Source: a virus (taxonomy: Duplodnaviria > Caudoviricetes). From it: a DNA stretch of 64,000 nucleotides. The notes under the pieces are model-generated. The model did no database searches. It was not told where the DNA came from and worked only from the letters and a program-made list of their open reading frames with translations. This document shows positions 46,503 to 55,800 of the stretch, one piece after another (position 1 is the stretch's first letter; each line of letters opens with the position of its first letter). The translations under genes and the position numbers were made by a program. The stretch spans positions 5,077 through 69,076 of the IMG/VR virus record IMGVR_UViG_3300028048_003170. One strand, given 5' to 3'.

Positions 46503-47177
46503 CTATAATTTATTGTTTACGTTTGTAAACCAGCAAAGGTTTTTGCCCAGCGGCTGGAGGAGTTTCCTCATGGCCGCGAGTGTCTGCCCGGTTGTCACAA
46601 AATCATCATAGACGATGATGTTGGGCTCTTTGGGCAGCACGTTGAGTTCAAAAACCGCGTTTACTCGCTGCTTGGTATGGCAAAATGCCACATCTTCGTA
46701 GAACGGAATCTCCAGCATCTGACCTAAACGCTCGCTGATGAGCGTGGCGAAGTTCTTCACCTTGTGGCGCCGTTTCGGCGAGGTGCAGATGCACCATCCA
46801 CCCAGGTTGAGGCTGTAGCCCAGCATTTCCTTGATCACAGGGCAGATGCTGTCGGCAAAGAACGCCACCATATCGGGGTCGCCCTTGATGTCGGTGAGCG
46901 TCCGTCCATAGACGGTCTTCTGCCAGATGGAGATGAAGTTGATATCCGAACGGCGTGTGAGGCGCAGGCGGTAGGAGAAATCACAACGGGCCTCGGTGGA
47001 CTTGTCCCATGACTTGCGCTTCTGCACCGCGAACAGGTCTTTCTGCCCTGGAACGGTGCCGCTGTCGGGTAAAGAGACATCGAGAGAACCCGGGTCGGCA
47101 ATCGGAAAGGTGATGTCGTTCAAGACCCCTTTCATGTCGACCGATGTTCTCCCGATGTCATCATCATTATTGACCAT
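46503..47177 (-). CDS. Phosphoribosyltransferase-fold protein (ComF-like); start uncertain
   Basis: PRPP-binding motif IIVYDDFVTTGQTL. Confidence 0.75.
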   Translation of the reverse strand: MVNNDDDIGRTSVDMKGVLNDITFPIADPGSLDVSLPDSGTVPGQKDLFAVQKRKSWDKSTEARCDFSYRLRLTRRSDINFISIWQKTVYGRTLTDIKGDPDMVAFFADSICPVIKEMLGYSLNLGGWCICTSPKRRHKVKNFATLISERLGQMLEIPFYEDVAFCHTKQRVNAVFELNVLPKEPNIIVYDDFVTTGQTLAAMRKLLQPLGKNLCWFTNVNNKL

Positions 47178-47184
47178 CAGGGTT

Positions 47185-47967
47185 TTATCTCAGGTTCATT
47201 TGGGGCTCCTCTTCGGGGTTCTCCTGCTCGGGATTCTCCTCGTTGGGATCCTCCTCGCCGCCACCGCTGTTATCACCACCAGACGGGTTGATGATTTTGC
47301 TGTTGATGGTGCCGTCAAACGGCTTGACGGTACCGCCTCCAGTGCCGGGGAGGATTTGGCCGCCGCCTGTGCCGCTGCCGCCTCCAGAGTCGTCACCGCC
47401 GGTGTCCTCGTTGATCACGCCGTCTTCGGTGACGATCTCACCGTAGTAGAACGGAGCGGGGCACTCGTCGGTGGCCTCCACGTTGAGGGTGGTGCTGGTG
47501 GTGCCCGTCGCGCCCTGACCGAGGTCCTGGGCCACGGTGGACTTCACCTGCCACTTGTCGCTGCCCACAACACGGAACTGGCCGCGCACGGTCTCGACAA
47601 GGTAAACGCAGTCGTTGTTGTTCACGTAGGCGGACAGGGCCGAAGCCTCAAGGCCTACGCTGGGATGCACGGCAACGAGCTTGTTGAGCTGCGTCTGGCT
47701 GGGGAACTCGCCCTGCGGGTCGCTGGTGAGCTGCGACTTGTCGGGCAGGATGTCGATGAACTTCCAGGTCGCGTCGGCGGCCAGCACGAAGCTGCCCGAG
47801 TAGGCCGCGCTGGTCAGTCGCCCGAGGGAATCATAGGTGAGCACGGGCCACGACACGATCTGGTCTTTGCTGATGTAGTAGATGCGACGCTTGATGCCGG
47901 GGAGCTCGGGAGTTCCCTGGCACCAGGCGAGCGACTGCTGTATGGTTGAACAAACGGTTCTTGCCAT
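47185..47967 (-). CDS. Probable major tail / structural protein with Gly- and Glu-rich tail
   Basis: 260 aa directly after capsid; low-complexity C-terminal extension. Confidence 0.55.
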   Translation of the reverse strand: MARTVCSTIQQSLAWCQGTPELPGIKRRIYYISKDQIVSWPVLTYDSLGRLTSAAYSGSFVLAADATWKFIDILPDKSQLTSDPQGEFPSQTQLNKLVAVHPSVGLEASALSAYVNNNDCVYLVETVRGQFRVVGSDKWQVKSTVAQDLGQGATGTTSTTLNVEATDECPAPFYYGEIVTEDGVINEDTGGDDSGGGSGTGGGQILPGTGGGTVKPFDGTINSKIINPSGGDNSGGGEEDPNEENPEQENPEEEPQMNLR

Positions 47968-48027
47968 GATGTTAACTTCGTGGTTAATGGTTAAAGTTTA
48001 ATGGATAATGAACATGATTGTCAGTGC

Positions 48028-48990
48028 TTAGGCCGCTAGCTCGACGACCTTCATGCGGCGGTAGTCGATCGACTCGAACTGGGCACCGAAGAACATTGTG
48101 GCGATGTACGAGAGGATAAACGGCTCGTACTCCTTCACCAGGATGGACTCCACGTCGCTCATCTGGTCGTAACCGACGAGCATGTTGCTCTTGGCGGTGA
48201 CGTGGATGAACTTGCTGTCCATCTTGTTGTACAGCGGAACGATCTTCAGGCGGCCGTTGCTGCCCTCCACCGTGGTCTGGTCGTACTTGTTGTTGTACAC
48301 GATGCCGCCGTGCGTGAGCAGGTAGGCCTCGTTGTACTTGTCGGCGAAGTCCTGCGAGCAGTACATGATCAGATCCTGGGCACGCAGTCGCGGGTCGAGC
48401 GAGAAGAGGATCTCCTTGGCGATGTCAACGGCGTTGGCCGTGGTGATCTCCTCGGTGAGCTTCATGTAATTCTTCTTGGCGGCAGAGATATTGCCAGCGT
48501 TGATCTCCATCGAGGTGATGGTGTCGAAGCCGTCGAACAGGTCGGCGGTCGTGTCGCCAGCGGCGTTGCGCCTGCCGTTCCAGATGGCATCGTTCAGATG
48601 CGAGGACAGGCCCTTAGCGATCAGAGCGAGCACATGCAGCGCCGTTGGAGTGCGCATCTGCCCGTCGCCCTTGGTCGCGCCGGTCGCGCCGAGGATGGTC
48701 GATACGGCCGAGTTGGGCTCGAACTTGGCGACCACCGAGCCGAAGAAGGTCTCAAGGGTGCGGTAGTCGACGTTGAGGTTGAAGTCGGTGCTGCGCGAGG
48801 GCTTGTAGGGCGCGAACTGCGCGTCACCGCTGATGGCGCCCACGTTCTCCTTGTAGCGGATGCCCGGGCGGCCCGTCATGTACTGCAGCGTCTCGTTGCA
48901 GCCGATGATGGGCAGCATGAGCAGCTCTCTGCGGTACTTCGTCGCCGCTTCCTGGAATTCCTGCGGCGTAAAGATGAGTTTTCCTGCCAT
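48028..48990 (-). CDS. Major capsid protein
   Basis: 320 aa after protease/scaffold gene; IWNG...DLFDGF motif typical of HK97-fold capsids. Confidence 0.75.
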   Translation of the reverse strand: MAGKLIFTPQEFQEAATKYRRELLMLPIIGCNETLQYMTGRPGIRYKENVGAISGDAQFAPYKPSRSTDFNLNVDYRTLETFFGSVVAKFEPNSAVSTILGATGATKGDGQMRTPTALHVLALIAKGLSSHLNDAIWNGRRNAAGDTTADLFDGFDTITSMEINAGNISAAKKNYMKLTEEITTANAVDIAKEILFSLDPRLRAQDLIMYCSQDFADKYNEAYLLTHGGIVYNNKYDQTTVEGSNGRLKIVPLYNKMDSKFIHVTAKSNMLVGYDQMSDVESILVKEYEPFILSYIATMFFGAQFESIDYRRMKVVELAA

Positions 48991-49024
48991 GATGTTTTTT
49001 CTTTAGGATTAGGATAGGGAATGG

Positions 49025-50110
49025 TTAGGGAACAAGGTTGTACAAGGACTGAGCCTGGTTGCAGGTCTCGACATACTGCTGCACCTCGTCCTGGGGCTGG
49101 TGCTTGTCGGACGTGCCTTCGTTGATGACGGCGGTGGAGCTGTCGGCGGGCGACTTCCTCACCGCTGCGAGTTCATCGGCGAGTTCGGCGTTGCGCTTGT
49201 CGCGCTCGCCAAGGGACTGCTCGACGCTCTTGAGCTGGTCAAGGGTGAGCGTGCAGCCCTCCTCGCCCACGGCAAAGCCCTCGATGTTGAGGACTTTGCC
49301 CAGGAGCGGAAGAATCTGGTTCATAGGATCGGATTGTGCTTGAGTTGTGGTTTGTGTGGATTTATGACTAACTTCTTGTGTCTTTTTCTCGGTAGCGGGC
49401 GCCGTTTCGGCTGCCGCCTGGGGTTCCTCGTTGGCCTTCACCGTCTTGAACAGCGAGGCGATCGAGGCAAGGAACCGCGCGAAGAGCGTTTCCCTGTTCT
49501 CGGTCGGCACGTTGGGAATGGGCAGGCCAGCCTCGGCAAGGGCTGAGGCCACGGCATCGGTGAGCACCGGCTTGGTCTCGCCCAGGTCGGTGATCTCATC
49601 GACGAAGCCCCATTCCAGGGCCTCCTTGGCATTGAGCCAGCCGCCCTCTCGCATCAGGTCGAGCAGGTCGGCATGGGGCTTGCTGGTCTTGGAGGCGTAC
49701 ATCGAGGCGACATTGTTGTCGAGTTTGTTCAGGTCGCGGATCGCCGCCTCGCAGTTGTCACGGACGGCTGCGAGCTGGTCGGCGTTGAGGTTGCCCCACT
49801 CGAAGAACTCGGCGCTGCACTTGTGCACCAGGTACATGGCGGACGCGTCCATCGTGATGCGCCTGGCGCCGAGCGAGGCGATGGTGGCGGCACTGGCGTT
49901 CATGCCCACGAAGTGGACCGTCACGTCGCCGTGGTTCTTGAATGAAGAGGCAATCGACAGGGCCGTGGCGAGCGAGCCGCCCAGGCTGTCGATCAGCACG
50001 TTGACGGGCTTGCCCTCATTGCGGGCGAGCACGTAGTCAACATAGTTTCTATCGAAGTCGTAACCTCCCACGTACCCCTTGAGGTGGAGGTGGTATTGTG
50101 TCTGTGCCAT
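49025..50110 (-). CDS. ClpP-like head maturation protease with scaffold C-terminus
   Basis: IDSLGGS, NASAAT, MYLVH, WLNAKEALEWGFVDEI. Confidence 0.9.
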   Translation of the reverse strand: MAQTQYHLHLKGYVGGYDFDRNYVDYVLARNEGKPVNVLIDSLGGSLATALSIASSFKNHGDVTVHFVGMNASAATIASLGARRITMDASAMYLVHKCSAEFFEWGNLNADQLAAVRDNCEAAIRDLNKLDNNVASMYASKTSKPHADLLDLMREGGWLNAKEALEWGFVDEITDLGETKPVLTDAVASALAEAGLPIPNVPTENRETLFARFLASIASLFKTVKANEEPQAAAETAPATEKKTQEVSHKSTQTTTQAQSDPMNQILPLLGKVLNIEGFAVGEEGCTLTLDQLKSVEQSLGERDKRNAELADELAAVRKSPADSSTAVINEGTSDKHQPQDEVQQYVETCNQAQSLYNLVP

Positions 50111-50142
50111 AGTAATGATCGGATAGGATTAGATTGCTGGCA

Positions 50143-50177
50143 CAAAGTTACCTTATAACCAAGGGGTGTCAAAAGAC
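50143..50177 (-). promoter_or_regulatory. Putative phage late promoter (GTCTTTT-N20-TAACTTTG)
   Basis: caaagtta 50143-50150, 20 nt spacer, aaaagac 50171-50177. Confidence 0.75.
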
Positions 50178-50180
50178 GGC

Positions 50181-50603
50181 TTAGCCCAATGGAATCAGGG
50201 CTTTGAGGGCCACGAAGGCCACTTCATAGCTGGTCACGGCAGGATCGCCGCCGGGCGTTCCTGTCGTGCGCGTGCGTTTGATGACGGGATAAGGGGCCTC
50301 ACGGAGGCCGACGAGATACCGCTGGCGGTTCACGTCGGTCACGATGAAGGCCACCGGGCGGGTTGTGGGGATGTCATCGAGCGTGCGGAAGCGCAGCGTG
50401 GTCTTCTCGGTGCGACCGTTGTTGTCATACTGCGAGACGGTCTCGCAGGTGGCTTCGCCCTTCAGGGCAATGGGCGTGGGGGCGGTGAATACCTCCACCG
50501 GGACACGGGAGAGGCATTTCAGGTCGCTGTGCCGCTGAAGGCGTTCAACGGGCACATAGGCGACCTGCATGATGCCGGGCAGGGATTGGGATGAGGTTTT
50601 CAT
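50181..50603 (-). CDS. Phage hypothetical protein
   Basis: Likely start 50603 (MKTSSQSLPG). Confidence 0.7.
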   Translation of the reverse strand: MKTSSQSLPGIMQVAYVPVERLQRHSDLKCLSRVPVEVFTAPTPIALKGEATCETVSQYDNNGRTEKTTLRFRTLDDIPTTRPVAFIVTDVNRQRYLVGLREAPYPVIKRTRTTGTPGGDPAVTSYEVAFVALKALIPLG

Positions 50604-50681
50604 ATCGTGGCGGGTTGAGCGGGTTGGTTGATGTAGAATCTGGCGATGCGGCTTTTCCAGCATTTGCGGCAATTCCGACAA

Positions 50682-51209
50682 TTACGGCTTTTCCGACAGT
50701 TCCTGCATCGTGGACAAAGGGGCATCATTTTTCGGGCATTTTTTTTGCGATTTTTTCTCTCTTCTTCTGTAGATGTCACGCTTGCGCTGGTAGCGCTTGG
50801 TCACGGCGCACCAGTTCGTGTCGTTGAACTCGATGCCGTGGCTTACCATCCAGGCTTCAACGAGATCCTTGAGCATGTTGGAACGGGGATGCACCTTGTG
50901 CAGATCCTGCCACAGTTGCACGTCGAAGCGGGAGCGGATGCACTTGTGCAGGCAGTGGACGGCTGACGTGTCCAGGTAGTTGTAGGTCTCGGCCTCCTTC
51001 TCCTTGAAGGCGGGGATGACGATCGCCAGGTTGGCGTCCTTGCCCGTGTCAACAGGAACATCGTCGGGACGCTTGGCAAGGAACAGGCGCAGTATATCTG
51101 CCTCGACCGAGCCGCGTGGCAGTTCCACCGGCGAGGTTCCGCCCATCTCATGGAGGAACCACTGGGAGAGATAGGGCTCAAATCTGAAATATAAGACGTA
51201 TTTGTTCAT
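50682..51209 (-). CDS. Phage hypothetical protein, candidate late-gene activator
   Basis: 175 aa, basic helical C-terminus; preceded by a standard host-type promoter. Confidence 0.55.
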   Translation of the reverse strand: MNKYVLYFRFEPYLSQWFLHEMGGTSPVELPRGSVEADILRLFLAKRPDDVPVDTGKDANLAIVIPAFKEKEAETYNYLDTSAVHCLHKCIRSRFDVQLWQDLHKVHPRSNMLKDLVEAWMVSHGIEFNDTNWCAVTKRYQRKRDIYRRREKKSQKKCPKNDAPLSTMQELSEKP

Positions 51210-51238
51210 ATCCTTAATGGTAGTGTTCGTTTATACCG

Positions 51239-51270
51239 CAAATTTACATAATCATCTTTATATCAGCAAA
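51239..51270 (-). promoter_or_regulatory. Standard Bacteroidetes promoter TTTG-N20-TAAATTTG
   Basis: caaattta 51239-51246 and caaa 51267-51270. Confidence 0.6.
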
Positions 51271-51355
51271 TTGCGTTCAAATTTTGAACTAACTTTGTGT
51301 CGATTCAGCCCTGGGTCTCCTCGGAGCACCGGGGCAGGTTTCGATGGGGCACGAA

Positions 51356-51380
51356 AAAAGCCGCTCTCGGCGGCTTTCTT
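51356..51380. terminator. Terminator after ardA
   Basis: aaaagccgc-tctcg-gcggctttctt. Confidence 0.65.
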
Positions 51381-51400
51381 GTTAGGTGCTGCGCTATCGG

Positions 51401-52072
51401 TCAGCAGGTGCGGAACACATGACCGCCATCGCCCATGTCATAGTCAGACATAAAGAGCTCACGGGCGAAGGCCTTGAAGTCAAAAAAGCGGGTGATGCTC
51501 TCGGGAACATTGTCGAACATGCAAAGCTCATCGGCGAGGTGCTGCGCGAACTCCTCCTCGCTGTCCCATCGGCCGCAGTAACGCTCACGGAAATCGGAGA
51601 AATCCGCATCGCTGTCGCTCGTGACATCCAGAAACGCCCTGAAGGCCTCCTGCTCGTCATCATCGAGGTCAGCGTACTCGAGAATGCGCTCGAATGTGTC
51701 CTCATCGAGGCCGCTCTCACTGTACCACTCATCGGGGTAATTCTCATAATCGAGGTAGGCAAACTCGGGATCCTGCTCATCACGGTGCAGCCATCGGCAG
51801 GCGGCCACAAAATCCTCGTAGCAGCTGAAGGTGTACAGGTCAAGCCACATGCCAGCCAGCGGCCTCCCTTCATTGTACTTGTGATAGGTGCAGCAGAACA
51901 CGGCAGGATGGCCGCTGCGGTAATCGTACTTGTGGAAATCCAAATCGACCTCCTCAAGCTCATCAACGATATTGAAATTGGATGAGCTGAGCGAGCCTTT
52001 TACAACCTGCTCTTGAACACTGGTGCTGTCAGCACCGCTTGCGGGATTGAAAGAATTGAAATTGTTGTCCAT
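51401..52072 (-). CDS. ardA: Antirestriction protein ArdA (DNA mimic)
   Basis: TYHKYNEG...GMWLDL, DPEFAYLDYENYP, YCGRWDSEEEFA, FFDFKAFARELFMSDY; highly acidic; likely start 52072. Confidence 0.9.
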   Translation of the reverse strand: MDNNFNSFNPASGADSTSVQEQVVKGSLSSSNFNIVDELEEVDLDFHKYDYRSGHPAVFCCTYHKYNEGRPLAGMWLDLYTFSCYEDFVAACRWLHRDEQDPEFAYLDYENYPDEWYSESGLDEDTFERILEYADLDDDEQEAFRAFLDVTSDSDADFSDFRERYCGRWDSEEEFAQHLADELCMFDNVPESITRFFDFKAFARELFMSDYDMGDGGHVFRTC

Positions 52073-52110
52073 AACGAAAAATATTAAAAAGTTAAACATA
52101 CGATTTTGAA

Positions 52111-52303
52111 CTTGTTGTCGCTTTCGCTTCGCCTTTACGATGCCTGCAAAGTGCGGCTGGAGCACACTAAAGCAAGGCTTGCCCGGAAATTACTACCCCG
52201 CAGGGGCTGGAGAATTTCCGAAGGCAACTTGCCTTGGCCTTGCGTGTGGGTAGGCCGCAATACCTTTGCAGCGTAAAGGCAAGGGAGGCGACAAGGGAAC
52301 AAG
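52111..52303 (-). promoter_or_regulatory. Frpo-like single-stranded-DNA hairpin promoter upstream of ardA
   Basis: Arms 52111-52178 and 52237-52303 pair; consensus TACCTTTG (52261-52268) only in the distal arm. Confidence 0.7.
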
Positions 52304-52458
52304 TGAAAGTGTGTTTGGCTTTGTTTTTCGTGGGCAACATGAAAGATTCTTCCCGCAAGCGGTTGCGCCCGACAGCACCCTGAGCAAGAGCTGAAAAGAG
52401 AGGAACACTCCATTTTTTACGATTCGAGAAATGGGACACACTTTTGAGCGTTTACCGT

Positions 52459-52802
52459 TTCTACAAGTTCTACAAATCCGCAAAAAATATAATTATCAAG
52501 GTCTTGAACAGGGCATGTAAAGGTCACTTTTGTAGAAAGTGTAGAAAATTCGATCCTCATTTTTAAACCAAACAAAAAAGGCTGCACTTAATCGTCTGAT
52601 TTCTAATATTGTAGAACTTTGTAGAAAGTAGTAGAAATAGATTATAGAACCAACATACTCGTTTCCAGACTGGTAGAACGTGTTGCAACTGTTGTTTCGG
52701 GAGGGGCAAACAAATTTTGCGGCCCAAAAGGGTCCAAATAGAGCCGACTACTTTCACAAGCCGTCGGCTCAGGCTATAATATAAAAACGGGTTAGTTCTA
52801 CA
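52459..52802. repeat. TGTAGAA/TTCTACA iteron-like cluster, putative replication origin
   Basis: Exact copies at 52459, 52468, 52531, 52540, 52610, 52620 and 52796, plus degenerate ones, directly downstream of primase. Confidence 0.6.
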
Positions 52803-52812
52803 GAGCTTGCTA

Positions 52813-55800
52813 CTATGAAGTGTATTCCTCCAGGTTCAAGCCGTACTGTTCCTCAAGCAGGTCATAGTCAAACACCATGGCCTGATCCACCGCTTTCACA
52901 GGGAGGAACAGTTTCTCTCCCCTTTCGTCAACTTCCTTTCTGGTCTGTACTCCGTTGACGATGTTCTTGAAGCGCACTGACCGTTTCCTGCCGATGTAGG
53001 CATCTGAGTTTTCGAGATAGTGCTGCAATGAGGCTGGTGGCAGTAACGCCTCATTGACGTATCTGCCATGCATCTTGTATAGCTGGAAGATGCGTGTGTG
53101 ACGCAGGTAGAGTATCCTCTTGGCCTTCGGGAACTCCATCTCATAACGGTGGTTGGTGCATTTGATCCTGTTCTCCAGTTCTATGCGGTAGTCGGCACCC
53201 AACCATATCTTTCCCTCCTGACGGAGGAAAGAAACGATGTCCCAGAAGATGGTCAGTTCGTTATTGGAGACCGTCTCGCTGTTCTGCGATATGATGCCGT
53301 TGATGCAGACCTGCAGCAGGTCGTTGTAGGTGAAGGGCAGCTTGAGTGCGCCTTGCAGCGTCCTGACTGCAGCAAGGGGGACGAGCCAGTTGCGCATGAT
53401 GCGGTCTTCGATATTGGATTTCTCAAGGGCCTTGGAGACATCCTCGAAGGTCGCCTTATAATTCGCGCTGAACTCCGCCTCGAACAATGCCCGGCATTGG
53501 AGGATCTCGAGCACGAGGTGTGAACAGCCCAGCTTGCGGATACCAGCCATCTGCGTGAAGCGGGCTTTGGCCTCCTGCGAGAACTGGCTCTTGGAGTACG
53601 ACAGGAAGATGAAGCGTGAGAACAGGGCGATGTCGGCGGTCGCCATCTCCTGGCCGCTGATGATGACCCCGCAGGACACCTTGGTCACCTCACGTTTCCT
53701 GTCCCTGTCCATGTTCATGCGGTTACGGCCGGTTCCGTCCCATAGTCCCTTCAGGAACTCACGCTTGTCGATGTCGATGTTGTTCTTGAACTCATCGAGA
53801 TGGACAAGGGCATTGGAGCACTGGGCGACGGCATCAGCGAGTGCAGGCAATGTGGAGTTGCTGATATTGGGCGGTATATTGTCGATGATGAAGAATGCCA
53901 TCAGCGAATGGCCTAGTTCGGACTTGCCCGATCCCTTGGGACCGAAAAGGTTGAGAATCGGGAAACTCCTGGTGTACGAGACGACGACATCGCGGAACAG
54001 GGTGGCAAGCAGGAAGGCGATGCCCACCTTGCCGTTGTCGCCGAACACGTCAACCAGTATCTTGCAGTAGTCATACAACGGGATCTTGTTCAGGCCAAGG
54101 TGCGTGAACCTGCGTTCAAACTGGAAGAACTGGGTGTCATCACGATACACCGTTGAGAACGCGGGCAGGTAATAGTTGCCGAGTTCCCCGAGGCGGACGA
54201 TGCCCAGGTCATCGACGGGGTGCCACTCGCTGGTGTAGATACCGTTGCCGAAGGCGAAAAAGCCCTTGGGTTGCCAACCAAGCTGAGTGATCTGCTCAGC
54301 GGTCTCGGTGGTGGCATAGAGGTACTGCTTGAGCGTGGTGAGCTGTTCCTCCTTGGCCTTCCAGATGAAGTTGCCCTGGCTCTCTACCCGCTGCCTGAAC
54401 TTGGTCAGCGAGACGAGTTCCTCCTGCTTCATCTCCACCGTGGCCTCCACGCCGTTGACGTTGGTCAGCTTGTACAGGCGCAGGGCCATCACGTTGTCCC
54501 TGATGTGGAACAGCGGTTTCATCGTGAAGTTCGACCACTGGCGGCGTTTCCCGTCCTCGCCGACGGAGAAGTAGCAGTGATGCTGTTCCTGAAAGCCGTA
54601 CTGCTCTATCATGTCGAGAGAGATGCTCTCCTTCTTGAGTTTATCCTCGGCAAGCCGCTTTTTGGCGGTCTTCACGGCGTTTTTCCACAAAGAGCGTCCG
54701 GGCATGGTTTTGACCAGCGTGTCGATGTACATGGACTGCTTCACCTCGTCTTCGATCCTGGCGACGAGCGAGGAGATGGTGATGACCATCTGGCTCTTCT
54801 GCTCCTGGGAGGTGCTCACCAAATGCAGTTTCTTGGCGTACCAGATGATGAAGTCTTCTTCCTCCAGCTTTTCGAGGATGGCTTTGCTCTTGCAGTAGCT
54901 GTCAGGGTCATTCTTGGTGTTCCCCGGTCCCAGGGGAATCTCCTTCACAGTGACACTGAAGCCCTGTTCAAGGGCCTTGAGGGCGTTCTTGATGACGGCC
55001 TTGATTCCCGTCCCGAAGTGCTCCCCGTCCTTGGGCGGGTCGGCATCGGGCAGGAAGCAGAGGTTCGGCGAGAAACGCTTGATCTGGTTGAACTGTTTCT
55101 CGGTCCATTCTGATCCGAGCGAGGCGATGGTGTTGTTCACACCGAGCTGCTGGAGGCGCAGCACGTCAGGAGCCCCTTCCACGAGGTAGAACTTGTTCTC
55201 TCTCGCGGCGGTGCGCAGCGCCAGGTTGATGCCGAAGATGGAGTTCTCCTTGCTGTAGAGCAACGAGGTGACGGAATTGAGGTACTTGGCAGTCTCCTCG
55301 TTCTCGCCGATGTACCTTGCCGTGTAGCCGATGATGCGCCCGAAACGGTCGCGGATGGGTATCATGATGCGCTCACGGAAGAAGGAGTACAGCTGGCCTG
55401 TCCGCTCCGAGGTGCGAAGCACGCCCAGGTCCAGCAGCACATCCTCGGGGATGGTGCTGGCCTTGGCGAACTTCACGAGCAGGCTCCCGTTGCGGGGAGC
55501 GTACCCTATGCCGCACTCGCTGATGAACTCCTGCGACCACCTCCTGGTGGCGTAGGTGCGGGCATAGTCCCCTTCTTCTGACCCGCTCTTGAGCTGGGCG
55601 ACGAAGAAAGGCTGGAGGGCCTCGTAGGCAAAGAACATGGCCTCACGGCGCTTGCCGTTGTTGATCTGCTCGGCAGTCTGTTCTTTGCTGTCGGTCTCCT
55701 CGATCGTCACGCCGTACATGCGTCCCAATTCCTTGACGGCTTCTGGAAAGGACATGTTGCACTGGCGCATGACGAACTTGATGGCGTCGCCGCCTTCTTG

